This document shows, one piece after another, positions 19,547 through 28,986 of a DNA stretch of 64,000 nt. The stretch comes from an uncultured delta proteobacterium (GTDB taxonomy: Bacteria; Desulfobacterota; Binatia; Binatales; Binataceae): the NCBI GenBank assembly GCA_963794325.1, contig CAWCDG010000004.1, forward strand, positions 1,856,001-1,920,000. The letters run 5' to 3'. The translations under genes were made by a program, and so were the position numbers. Within the stretch, counting starts at the first letter, position 1, and each line of letters starts with the position of its first letter. Under the pieces are notes generated by a model. It was not told where the DNA came from. It did not search any database and worked only from the letters and a program-made list of their open reading frames with translations.

Positions 19547-21292
19547 ATGGCAGATCGGAATCGGCGGTATACGGTTGCGGCAATTGCGCTGCCGTTTTTT
19601 TTAATGGTGATGTCGGGACTGGCGCGCGCCAATCTTATCTTTGTCACTTCTCTCGATGGCGACACCGATGCAGGCGCATGCACCCTGCCCGATGCAATCG
19701 GATCGGCCAACACCGGGACCCCTGAGGGCGGCTGTTTTATTTTATTGGCACCCGGAGCTGATCAGATAGTCGTCGCCCTTACCGGTACGATCTTCGTGAA
19801 CGCTGCCCGGCTTCCGCTGACTATTTCCGACGAGGTTCTGGAGATCAGCACCTTCGGCGACGGCCCGGTTGTGATCGACGGCGGCTCACATGGCATTCCA
19901 CAGGGTGGGATAATGTATGTCTCATCGCTGAACAAGTTTCTCAAGCTGAGCAACCTGACGTTCGCGCACGGCCTCGCCGAACAGGGCGGCGCCATATTCT
20001 CAGAAACTGGCGGAGATGTGGATATTAAGGACGACCTTTTCGTGGACAATACCGCGGAGGTTACTCCCGCGCTCTGCGTTATCCCGATCTTAGGTGGCGA
20101 GGGTGGGGCGATTTTCGCCGCTGCTGGCAGGATGGAGGTCACCAACAGCACCTTTTACGAGAATGATGCGCTGCAATACAACGAAACTTACGGTGGCGCC
20201 ATCTACGTCGCGGGCGAACCGTTCTGCTCCCCGGCCGGGGATGCCGCGTGTGTCGGTGTCATCGATGGCATCTTGGGTGCGAGCTTGAAGCTCACCAACG
20301 CCACCTTCGAGCATAACTACGCAAAATTCGGCAGCGCCATCTACAATGCGGGCACCGCCGACGTTAAAGGCACAATCTTCGCGGACCACCTTGATAAGGC
20401 AGGCACTGGTGTTGTGTCGCCGGTCGGCAACTGCGCCGGGCTCAATTCACCGCCGGTGACCGACGAGAACTACAACGTCTCAGTCGATAACAGCTGCGCC
20501 TTTACCGCCGCTTCGAGCAAGAACAACCAAACTGCTGCTCAGGTTGATCTCGATCCCCTGGGATTGCAGAACAATGGCGGGCCGTCATTTACCGTCGCGC
20601 TTCACGACACCAGCAGCGTCGCGTACGGTCTGATTCCGGTCGCAGATTGCACCGAACAGGATTCACACATGACTCCGCTGGGAACCGACCAGCGGCTCTT
20701 TGGGCGTCCCGATTCCGGTGATCCCGATGCCTGCGACAGCGGCGCATACGAGCTTGGGGCGTTAGGGGCTTACACGCTAAATAGTGACAGGGTGCAGGTA
20801 GCGCGAAAGCCGACTGCCGCAAATAGCGACATGGTCAACATCGGGATGACCTTCACCGCGAACGGCGACCCGGATTGCGACCTCGACGAAGACGCGCTGA
20901 ATTCTGGCGTCAATATCGAGCTCTTCCAGGGCACCTGCGCCTCGCTTCCGCTTAACGGACTGTTGGTGGAACTGAATCCTTTCGTCGTGCATACGGTTAA
21001 TAAGGAGCAATACGGAACTTTCTACCAAACGTATGGACCGGTGACAGTCTCGGCCAGGATGGTAGCGTTTCCGCCACAGATGGGGGTATGCGGCGAATGG
21101 ACGCTGAACCTCGAAGTCGGTGGCCTTAATACCAAGAGCCCGAACGTAAATCTGCCGGGCACCAATCCGTTTGCGCTGATAATCTTCGACTCGGCCGACG
21201 ATGGCCAGAGCTGCTTTGACATCAACAATGCGATCGTCGGCAATCAGATCCCGATACCGGGCCATGGCGTAAGGCGCGGGGTGCGACGATAG
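19547..21292 (+). CDS. Secreted beta-helix / choice-of-anchor-Q-like protein, paralog 4
   Basis: Same architecture plus two Cys-containing loop insertions. Confidence 0.85.
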   Translation: MADRNRRYTVAAIALPFFLMVMSGLARANLIFVTSLDGDTDAGACTLPDAIGSANTGTPEGGCFILLAPGADQIVVALTGTIFVNAARLPLTISDEVLEISTFGDGPVVIDGGSHGIPQGGIMYVSSLNKFLKLSNLTFAHGLAEQGGAIFSETGGDVDIKDDLFVDNTAEVTPALCVIPILGGEGGAIFAAAGRMEVTNSTFYENDALQYNETYGGAIYVAGEPFCSPAGDAACVGVIDGILGASLKLTNATFEHNYAKFGSAIYNAGTADVKGTIFADHLDKAGTGVVSPVGNCAGLNSPPVTDENYNVSVDNSCAFTAASSKNNQTAAQVDLDPLGLQNNGGPSFTVALHDTSSVAYGLIPVADCTEQDSHMTPLGTDQRLFGRPDSGDPDACDSGAYELGALGAYTLNSDRVQVARKPTAANSDMVNIGMTFTANGDPDCDLDEDALNSGVNIELFQGTCASLPLNGLLVELNPFVVHTVNKEQYGTFYQTYGPVTVSARMVAFPPQMGVCGEWTLNLEVGGLNTKSPNVNLPGTNPFALIIFDSADDGQSCFDINNAIVGNQIPIPGHGVRRGVRR

Positions 21293-21322
21293 GAACGGCC
21301 TGAGTTCATAACTGGCTCGACT

Positions 21323-21361
21323 GCGGGCGGGACGCCAATAACGTCTCGCCCGCGCTATTTT
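21323..21361 (+). terminator. Intrinsic terminator (array unit 4)
   Basis: GCGGGCGGGACG...CGTCTCGCCCGC + TATTTT. Confidence 0.65.
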
Positions 21362-21383
21362 GAGACGCGGCGGTTGTGGCGAT

Positions 21384-22229
21384 CTACTGGGGGCGCGACG
21401 CGACCAGATCTTCGAGGGTTACTTCGACGACGCCGCCGTCTTCTTCGCGCTGAATCAGGACGGTCTGCTTGAGGATATTCTGGCGGACCACCTTGCCGTC
21501 GCCCTTAACGCATTGCACGCGCTTGCCGAGGTTCGGTAGTGCTCGCTTGAGTTCGACGTAAGTGGCGTACTCGTAGCGCAGGCAGCACTTCAGGCGCCCG
21601 CACATCCCGGCCAGCCGCGACGGATTGAGCGCGAGGCCTTGCTCACGCGCCATCTTGACCGTGACCGCCTCGAAGTCGCGCAGCCAGCTCGAGCAGCATA
21701 GCTCGCGTCCGCACGGACCCAGCCCGCCAGTGACCTTGGTCTCATCGCGCGCGCCAATCTGTTTCATCTCGACCCGCACGCGCAGCGTGTTGGCGAGATC
21801 GCGCACCAGGTCGCGGAAATCGACGCGCCCCTCGGCGACGAAATAAAAGGTGACCTTGCGCCCGTCAAATGTGTAGTCGGCGTTAACCAGCTTCATCTGG
21901 ATGCGCCGCTCGCGGATCCGCTCGATACACATGCGGCGCGCGTTCGCCTCCCGCGTGAGGTTTTCCTTTTCGAGGTAAAAGTCGTTGTCGCTCGCGATCC
22001 GGATGATCGGACGCAACTGCGAAAGATCGATCGTCTGCGCGGGTTCATGCGGCTCGATCTCGACGGTGCCGACGCGCGCGCCCGCCTCGCTCTCGACCAG
22101 GACGCGCTCACCGCGCCGCAGCGGCCGGTCGCCGGCCAGAAAATTATACAGATGACCAGTCTGCTGCAGACTGACCGCAATAATCTTCGGCAGCGACGGC
22201 GCGCCTTCAAATGGATCGATATCTGACAC
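21384..22229 (-). CDS. ricT: PSP1/RicT (YaaT) family protein
   Basis: RVDFRDLV, GPCGRELCC, GMCGRLKCCL. Confidence 0.92.
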   Translation of the reverse strand: MSDIDPFEGAPSLPKIIAVSLQQTGHLYNFLAGDRPLRRGERVLVESEAGARVGTVEIEPHEPAQTIDLSQLRPIIRIASDNDFYLEKENLTREANARRMCIERIRERRIQMKLVNADYTFDGRKVTFYFVAEGRVDFRDLVRDLANTLRVRVEMKQIGARDETKVTGGLGPCGRELCCSSWLRDFEAVTVKMAREQGLALNPSRLAGMCGRLKCCLRYEYATYVELKRALPNLGKRVQCVKGDGKVVRQNILKQTVLIQREEDGGVVEVTLEDLVASRPQ

Positions 22230-22235
22230 TATCTA

Positions 22236-23315
22236 TTACTCACCCCGCATCGCATGCCCGGCGATGCTCCACCAATTCTCCGCCTGCATGCGCGGATTGG
22301 CGTTATCCCCAACCGCCGCGCTGGCGCGCACCGCAGCGTCGATACATTTCGCGATCGCATCTACACTAAGACTATCCGCCAGGCTCACCAAGCGCGACTG
22401 CGCCTCGGGCGGGAACGCGACGAAGTCCGTCTTCAGCAGCTTGTAGCATAGTATTTCTTCGAGCAGCCTGGCGAGCAGCTCGAAGTTGCCGGCAGCCGCG
22501 TCGCGATTGGCAAAAAACTCCTGCGCGATCGATTGCGCGCGCGCAAAGTCGATCGATTTGCCATGGCTAAGAGCGTCGATCAGCTCTTTCATCGGCGGCT
22601 CGTCGCCGTCTGACAGCGCGATCGCATTTGCAGCGCTGCCTCGCGCCAGCAACGCAAGCGCACTCGCGCGGGCTTTGTCGATGACGCCATGGGTGGCGAG
22701 TATCTGTTCGATCTCAGCGACCTGCAGCGCTGGAAATCGCACCGTCCGCGTCCGCGATCGAACCGTGTCGAGCAGCGCCCGCTCGCTGGCCGACACCATG
22801 ATGATGATCGCGTGGCCGGGCGGCTCCTCGAGCGTCTTCAGCAGCGCGTTCTGCGCGGGTTCACCGAGCACCTCGGCATCGTCGATGATTGCCATGCGAA
22901 CCGACGATCGCGACGGCCGGATTCCGAGTCGCGCAATCAGATCGCGGACCTGATCAATCAAAACTTCAGAACGGCCAACCGGCTTCGACACGTATGTGAA
23001 ATCCGGATGCACGCCCGTCGCAATTTGCACGCATGCCGAACAGCAATCGCAATGCGGCGCGTCGGCGTCGCCGGCGCGCGCACGAGTGCGCTCAGTCTGC
23101 GGCGCAAGGCGTACGGGGCATCGCGCTGTCGTGCAGCAAAAATTCTCGCCGGGCGATCGCTCGCACATCATCGCGTGTACCAGGCTGGTCGCGACGATCG
23201 CCTTGCCGACGCCGCGCGGCCCCGAGAAGAGATAGGCATGCGATGGACGCGCGCGAATCTCGGCGAGCAACCGCGCTGCGATTTCGCGATGGCCAAGGAT
23301 CGAACTTATCGGCAT
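22236..23315 (-). CDS. holB: DNA polymerase III delta-prime subunit
   Basis: HAYLFSGPRGVGK, HPDF, NALLKTLEEPP, TVRSR; lies downstream of tmk. Confidence 0.9.
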   Translation of the reverse strand: MPISSILGHREIAARLLAEIRARPSHAYLFSGPRGVGKAIVATSLVHAMMCERSPGENFCCTTARCPVRLAPQTERTRARAGDADAPHCDCCSACVQIATGVHPDFTYVSKPVGRSEVLIDQVRDLIARLGIRPSRSSVRMAIIDDAEVLGEPAQNALLKTLEEPPGHAIIIMVSASERALLDTVRSRTRTVRFPALQVAEIEQILATHGVIDKARASALALLARGSAANAIALSDGDEPPMKELIDALSHGKSIDFARAQSIAQEFFANRDAAAGNFELLARLLEEILCYKLLKTDFVAFPPEAQSRLVSLADSLSVDAIAKCIDAAVRASAAVGDNANPRMQAENWWSIAGHAMRGE

Positions 23316-23325
23316 GGCGATTCAA

Positions 23326-23967
23326 TCATCGGCGAGCGAGCATCTCGCCGACTGCCCGGCGAATGTCGGCGGTGACGGCGGCCACCGGTCGGTCGGCGTC
23401 GATCACGACGACGCGCGCCGGTTCGGCTTTCGCGATCGCCAGAAAACCGTCCCGCACCTTGCGATGGAACTCCGCGCGCTCGCCCTCGAAGCGATCGGAT
23501 CCGCGGCCGGTACCTTTCGCACGCGCGCGAGTGCGCTCTAGTCCCGTCTCGACTTTCAGATCCAGCACGATCGTGAGATCAGGCGTTACGTTATCGGTCG
23601 CGAGCCGGTTCAACTCGCCGAGCACTTTGAGATCGACGCCGCGTGCGTAACCCTGGTAGGCCGTAGTCGAGTCGGAATAGCGATCGGAAATCACGATCTC
23701 GCCGGATGCCAACGCGGGCCGCAGTTTCTCGCGCACATGCTGCGCGCGATCGGCAAGCACCAGCAGCAGTTCCGCGGCGACGTCCAGTGAAACCGCAGGA
23801 TCGAGAAAAATCGCGCGGATCGTTTCGCCGGCGCGGGTCCCGCCCGGCTCGTGCGTGACCGTTACTACGTGACCATCTTTGCGTAGCGCGTCGCCGAGAA
23901 TCGCGGCCTGCGTCGTCTTGCCACTTCCTTCGACGCCTTCGAGCGTGATGAATACACCGGCCGGCAT
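23326..23967 (-). CDS. tmk: Thymidylate kinase
   Basis: FITLEGVEGSGKTT, EPGGT, DRYSDST.AYQG. Confidence 0.97.
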   Translation of the reverse strand: MPAGVFITLEGVEGSGKTTQAAILGDALRKDGHVVTVTHEPGGTRAGETIRAIFLDPAVSLDVAAELLLVLADRAQHVREKLRPALASGEIVISDRYSDSTTAYQGYARGVDLKVLGELNRLATDNVTPDLTIVLDLKVETGLERTRARAKGTGRGSDRFEGERAEFHRKVRDGFLAIAKAEPARVVVIDADRPVAAVTADIRRAVGEMLARR

Positions 23968-23969
23968 TG

Positions 23970-24809
23970 CTATCGGCTAAAATACCAGTGCGCCAATTGT
24001 GGCTGAAAGAGCGCGAACACGCCGGCGGCCAGCGCCAGGTACGGGCCGAACGGAACTTCGGTTTTCAGAATCGAGACGTCGGCTTCCTCTGGATCGGTAG
24101 CGGGTTCGCCGAGCGGACTGGGCGAAGTCGAACCGCCGCCAGTTAGCGCGAATGCAATTCCGCCCACTGCGCCGATTACCGAACCAAAAAACATCGTGAA
24201 GAAAACTCCCGGCCAGCCGAGAAATCCGCCCACCATCCCGAGCAGCCACACGTCGCCAAGGCCGACGCCCTCGCGCCCGCGCACCAGTTGGTAGAAGTAG
24301 CCGGTGCCCCACAGGACGCCGCCGCCGACGATGATTCCGATAAGCGAACTCTTCCAGCCGACGTCGGGCATCATCGTCGCCGCCGCGATAAATCCCACCA
24401 GCGTGCCGGGCCAGGTGATGATGTTCGGGATGAGCCGCCAGTCGTAGTCGATGATCGCGACGATCCACAGCGCGGCACATAAGACGAAGCGGGCGATCGC
24501 GTCGGGCAGAGGAAACGCGAAGTAGAGATACAGCGCGATGAGCGCCAGTCCGAGTTCGGCGAGGAAATGCCGGAACGGAATCGGCGCGCCGCACATCACG
24601 CATCGCCCTTTCAATCCGAGATAGGCCAGAATCGGGATGTTCGCCCACCATGGAATCGCGCGCTCGCAACTCTCGCAATACGATCGCGGCGTGACGATCG
24701 AAAGATCGCGTGGCAGCCGATAACCAACCATGCAGACGAAGCTGCCGACGCACGCGCCGAACACGAACGCAATCGCGCCGCCGATTCCGGTGGGCATGTC
24801 CATTGTCAT
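23970..24809 (-). CDS. pilD: Prepilin peptidase (A24A)
   Basis: GSF, two CxxC, NIPIL, GLGD, PFGPYL. Confidence 0.92.
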   Translation of the reverse strand: MTMDMPTGIGGAIAFVFGACVGSFVCMVGYRLPRDLSIVTPRSYCESCERAIPWWANIPILAYLGLKGRCVMCGAPIPFRHFLAELGLALIALYLYFAFPLPDAIARFVLCAALWIVAIIDYDWRLIPNIITWPGTLVGFIAAATMMPDVGWKSSLIGIIVGGGVLWGTGYFYQLVRGREGVGLGDVWLLGMVGGFLGWPGVFFTMFFGSVIGAVGGIAFALTGGGSTSPSPLGEPATDPEEADVSILKTEVPFGPYLALAAGVFALFQPQLAHWYFSR

Positions 24810-24833
24810 CGCGTCACCATAACATACCCGGCC

Positions 24834-26270
24834 TCAATGCCGCGCGGCGCAGAGGTCCATCGTCAAATCGTAGGTGGCTTTGATCCCGCGATTCAGATTG
24901 TCGACGGACAGTCGCTCGTCGTCACCGTGGATGCGCGAAATTTCTCCCTCGCCGAGAATCACCGGGACGAATCCGTACGCCGGCACGCCCTTGGCGCGGA
25001 TAAAGCGCGAGTCGGTGCCGCCGGTCGTCATCCACGGCACGACCCGCGCGTCTTCGAAATCGCTCGCAACGACGCGTTTGATCGCGTCCCACGCCTCGCC
25101 GGAACTCGGTGACGGCGGAGCGTCATCGGGCCGCTGTAAATAGTCGATCGTGAAGTCGCCGGGGCCGAGCAGATCGCGCAGGCGTTTCATGAACGCGCCG
25201 GCGTCGGTTCCGGGCAGCAGTCGGCAATCGAGTCCAGCCTCGGCCACCGTCGGCACGACGTTCACCTTGACCCCCGCGTTGAGCATCGTCAGCGAAATCG
25301 TATCGCGCATGAGCGCCTGGATGCTGTATGGGCTGAGCACGCCTTCCATCGCGGCATTCGCAACCCCGGGCCGTTCGAGATGCGCCAACTGGAACGACGC
25401 CGGACTCGGCTCGAGCGGCGCGATCGATTCCATCGCGTCGGCGAATATTTTGGTGATTCGAATCGGCGGCTGTTTCTCCAACAGCCGATGCAGCGCGTTG
25501 ATCAGAATCAGATTCGGATTGTCGGGCTTCGGCACCGATCCATGCCCGCCCTTGCCGCGGACGCTGATGTGCAGCCAGTTCACGCGCTTCTCCGAGACCG
25601 CGACGTTGAACGTGATGCCCTTGAGTCCGAGCCAGTCGGGCGCGCCTTCGCCGCCTTCGTTGAACGCAAACGCCGGATGGATCGCGTCCCAATGATTTTT
25701 CACCATCCATCCCGCGCCGTTCTCTCCGCCCGCCTCTTCGTCGGGATTGATCATCATCTCGACGCCGCGCCTGAGCGCGACGTGATTGCGCTTGAGCGCG
25801 AGCAGCGTCATCAGCGCCATGATCCCGTGCGCCTTGTTGTCGATCGCGCCGCGCGCGTACACGTAGCCGTCGGCGATGTCGGCGCCGAACGGCTTATGCG
25901 TCCAGTTGGCGGCGACTGTCGGCACCACATCGCCATGCGACATCAGCAGCAGCGGTTTCACGCCGGCGGGACCGGGGATTCGCGCGACGAGCGTCACCAT
26001 CCCGGGCTTGCTTTCGAAAGTTTCGCTCGCGATCCCCTCCTTGTCGAGAATCGATTTGAGATAGCCCATCGCTGCCGCAGTGTTGCTCGGCGGATTGGTG
26101 GTATCGAAGCGCAGATAGGTGCGGAAATCTTCGAGCGCCTCGGAATTTACTTTGTTCCAATCAATCTGCGGCGCACTCTGGGCAAAAGACGTAGCCGCGA
26201 AAGCGAGCAGCGCGGCCATTGCGCAAAAAAGTCTCACTACAATGTCGGATCGGCAGATCATCGCTGGCAT
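24834..26270 (-). CDS. Secreted M20 family metallopeptidase
   Basis: HGDVV, GAIDNK, DEEAGG, GGTDSR, IHGDDE; start uncertain. Confidence 0.88.
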   Translation of the reverse strand: MPAMICRSDIVVRLFCAMAALLAFAATSFAQSAPQIDWNKVNSEALEDFRTYLRFDTTNPPSNTAAAMGYLKSILDKEGIASETFESKPGMVTLVARIPGPAGVKPLLLMSHGDVVPTVAANWTHKPFGADIADGYVYARGAIDNKAHGIMALMTLLALKRNHVALRRGVEMMINPDEEAGGENGAGWMVKNHWDAIHPAFAFNEGGEGAPDWLGLKGITFNVAVSEKRVNWLHISVRGKGGHGSVPKPDNPNLILINALHRLLEKQPPIRITKIFADAMESIAPLEPSPASFQLAHLERPGVANAAMEGVLSPYSIQALMRDTISLTMLNAGVKVNVVPTVAEAGLDCRLLPGTDAGAFMKRLRDLLGPGDFTIDYLQRPDDAPPSPSSGEAWDAIKRVVASDFEDARVVPWMTTGGTDSRFIRAKGVPAYGFVPVILGEGEISRIHGDDERLSVDNLNRGIKATYDLTMDLCAARH

Positions 26271-27091
26271 TTCGGACAATAGAAACTCGCGCGCTGGCCC
26301 ACGATTACATTTCTAATCGGCGTCGAGCATGTGTAGCACGGTTCTCCCTCGCGACCGTACACGCGCAGGCGCGTCGCGAATCGCCCCGGCTGTCCGCGCG
26401 AATCGCGGTAGCTGCGAAACGTCGTGCCGTTGCCGCCGATCGCAGCGCGCAGAATAACCGGCACCGCTGCCGCGATTTTTTCGATCTCGCTTCGCGTCAC
26501 GCGGCCGGCACGCCTCGTCGGACGCACTCCCGCCCGAAATAAAATCTCGGACGCGTAGATATTTCCGATACCGGCGACGATTCGCTGATCCATTATCAAA
26601 TTCTTGATCGCGCCGGTTCGGCCGCGCGCTTTGTCGCCAAGATAATTGGCATTGAATGCTCGCGACAACGGCTCGGGGCCAAGGCCCTTGAGCTCCGCGG
26701 TGGAAGCCAACGCGGCGCGCTCGACCAGCAGGACCATCCCGAAGCGCCGCGGATCGTTGTAAACCAGCTGCGACGCGTCGTCCAGCGAAAATTCGAGATG
26801 GTCGTGGCGTGGATCGAAGTCGCCGGCGTCGAAGCCGCGGTGCCGATGCGTCAAGCTGCCGGACATTCCGAGGTGTACGAGGATCACGTGGTCGCCGTCG
26901 AGTTCGATGATCAGATATTTCGCGCGCCGCGACAGCTTCACGATTCGCCGGCCTTCCACGGTTGCGGAAAAATCCTGAGTGACGCGGCGGCGCAGCCGCT
27001 TCTCGCCGATTCGCACGCTCACGATCGTTCGGCCGACCGCGGTGCGAACCAGTATCCGGCGCAGCGATTCGACTTCCGGCAGTTCAGGCAT
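26258..27091 (-). CDS. mutM: Formamidopyrimidine-DNA glycosylase
   Basis: MPELPEVE, HLGMSG, GIGNIYASE, C-terminal zinc finger. Confidence 0.97.
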   Translation of the reverse strand: MPELPEVESLRRILVRTAVGRTIVSVRIGEKRLRRRVTQDFSATVEGRRIVKLSRRAKYLIIELDGDHVILVHLGMSGSLTHRHRGFDAGDFDPRHDHLEFSLDDASQLVYNDPRRFGMVLLVERAALASTAELKGLGPEPLSRAFNANYLGDKARGRTGAIKNLIMDQRIVAGIGNIYASEILFRAGVRPTRRAGRVTRSEIEKIAAAVPVILRAAIGGNGTTFRSYRDSRGQPGRFATRLRVYGREGEPCYTCSTPIRNVIVGQRASFYCPKCQR

Positions 27092-27971
27092 CGCGCGCGA
27101 CGATCCTGCCGTTTAGTTCGATGCGCAGCGCATGCGCGAGTCTCAGAAAATCCGGCACGCCGAGCTTCTCCGCGCGCGTGCCAGGATCGATCGCTGCGCG
27201 TTCGATCGCCCGCACGGTCCGGGTGCTGTCGATTCCCAGCGCATGGCTGATCGCGTTGCGAATCGTCTTGCGCGGCGCAGAGAACGACGCGCGCACGGTC
27301 TCGAGCACGTCGCGCTCGTCATCGTCAGCAAACCACCGCTTCGCATGGGGCGCGAACGCCAGAACTTCGGCATCAACCTTCGGCCGCGGATGGAAGCTGC
27401 CGGCGGCGACGGTGAAATGCAGATCGATCTTCCAATACAGCGCGGTGAACACGCTGAGCGCGCCATACGCATCGTCGCCGGCCGTCGCGCGGATTCGCGC
27501 GGCGACCTCGCGCTGGAACATCAGCACCATTCTGGAAATCAGGCGCGAGTTGTCGCTCAGCTTCCGCAGGATCGCAGCCGCGACGTTGAACGGGAGATTG
27601 CCGATTACCTTGACCGCCGAATCGCTCACCAGTGCCGCGAAATCGATAGCGAGAAAATCCGCGTTGACCACGCGAACGTCAGCGAAGCGCTCCTGGAGCC
27701 GAGCTGCGAGACGCGCGTCAAGTTCCACCAGCGTTAGCGAGCGTCGCGGCCGCGTTACGATTTTTTCAGTCAGGATGCCGAGGCCCGGGCCTATCTCGAT
27801 GACCGAATCCGTTTCGGATAGCCGCGCCGCGGCGACAATTCGATCTGCGACGCCGGTGCTGGTCAAAAAATTCTGGCCGCGCGACTTTGCCGGACGTACG
27901 CCGACTCGCGCCAACGCTGGCGCTGGACGCGACGGTGTCTCGAGTACGTGCGATTTTCGTGCGGTCGTCAT
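27084..27971 (-). CDS. rsmA: 16S rRNA dimethyladenosine transferase
   Basis: GQNFL, EIGPGLG, GNLPF, F.PRPKVD. Confidence 0.95.
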   Translation of the reverse strand: MTTARKSHVLETPSRPAPALARVGVRPAKSRGQNFLTSTGVADRIVAAARLSETDSVIEIGPGLGILTEKIVTRPRRSLTLVELDARLAARLQERFADVRVVNADFLAIDFAALVSDSAVKVIGNLPFNVAAAILRKLSDNSRLISRMVLMFQREVAARIRATAGDDAYGALSVFTALYWKIDLHFTVAAGSFHPRPKVDAEVLAFAPHAKRWFADDDERDVLETVRASFSAPRKTIRNAISHALGIDSTRTVRAIERAAIDPGTRAEKLGVPDFLRLAHALRIELNGRIVARDA

Positions 27972-27981
27972 CGATTCGATT

Positions 27982-28986
27982 TCACAGCGCGAGATTCGCT
28001 TCCGCGTCGATGCTCAAGGCGTCGCGCTCCCCGCGCATCAAGCGGTAGCTGCCCGCGAGCGCGATCATCGCCGCATTGTCGGTGCAGTATTTCAGCGCCG
28101 GTGCGACCAGCCGGCGTCCGTCAGCCGCCGCGGCTTCGGCGAGCCTGTCGCGCAATCTCGAATTTGCCGCAACGCCGCCGGTCAGCGCGATGGTGTCCGC
28201 GCCCAGCTCGCGCGCCGCCGCGATCGTTGGCTTCACCAGCATCTCGACGACCGCTTCCTGAAAGCTCGCCGCGAGATCCTCAGGCCGCTCGGCGCGCCCG
28301 TTCTCGCTCGCCAGAATCGTCGCGACTGCGGTCTTCACGCCGCTGAAACTGAAATCCATCGGCGCGCCTTTGACGTGCGCCCGCGGGATTCGCACACTCT
28401 TTCGATTTCCGCGGCGCGACAGTTCGTCGATCGCGCGACCGCCCGGGTAGCCGAGCCCCATCAGTTTCGCGACCTTGTCGAACGCTTCGCCGGCCGCATC
28501 GTCGCGCGTGCGTCCGATACGCCGGTAGCGTCCGAAATCCTCGACTGCGAACAGCGCAGTGTGACCGCCCGACACGACCAGCGCCAGGTACGGCATCGCG
28601 ATTCGATTCTCGAGCAACGGCGCCAGCAGATGCCCTTCGATATGATTCACGCCGACCATAGCGACTCCGCTCGCCTGCGCCAGGCCCTTCGCGAACATCA
28701 GGCCGACCAGCAGCGAGCCGACCAGGCCCGGACCGCGCGTCACCGCGATTCCCTCGACGTCGCTGAGGCGGCGTCCGGCGGCGTCAAGCGCGCGCTCGAT
28801 CACGGGCGCGATCGTGATGACGTGATTGCGCGACGCGAGTTCCGGCACGATACCGCCGTATGCGCGATGGATGTCGTCCTGGTTCGCGACGGTGCTCGAG
28901 CGAATTTCCGCGATACCCGGCGTACTCGTTTCGATCACCGCGGCCGCAGCGTCATCGCATGAAGATTCAATTCCCAGTATCAGCAT
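27982..28986 (-). CDS. tsaD: tRNA t6A synthesis protein TsaD
   Basis: ILGIESSCD, GGIVPELASR, NHIEGH, CTDNAAMIA. Confidence 0.97.
   Translation of the reverse strand: MLILGIESSCDDAAAAVIETSTPGIAEIRSSTVANQDDIHRAYGGIVPELASRNHVITIAPVIERALDAAGRRLSDVEGIAVTRGPGLVGSLLVGLMFAKGLAQASGVAMVGVNHIEGHLLAPLLENRIAMPYLALVVSGGHTALFAVEDFGRYRRIGRTRDDAAGEAFDKVAKLMGLGYPGGRAIDELSRRGNRKSVRIPRAHVKGAPMDFSFSGVKTAVATILASENGRAERPEDLAASFQEAVVEMLVKPTIAAARELGADTIALTGGVAANSRLRDRLAEAAAADGRRLVAPALKYCTDNAAMIALAGSYRLMRGERDALSIDAEANLAL

Noticed and set aside
13601-21361. Array as an integron, DGR or CRISPR
   Set aside because: No integrase, reverse transcriptase or cas gene; no attC-like ends; no template repeat with adenine-specific differences; the repeats flank paralogous genes rather than unique spacers
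13575-21400. ACTGGGG(G)CGC at both array borders as a possible target duplication
   Set aside because: Only ~10 bp, imperfect and GC-rich; could be chance
27121-28962. 613-aa antisense ORF (also 31562-32965 and others)
   Set aside because: Antisense to rsmA/tsaD and PBP1b; explained by stop-codon scarcity in GC-rich DNA
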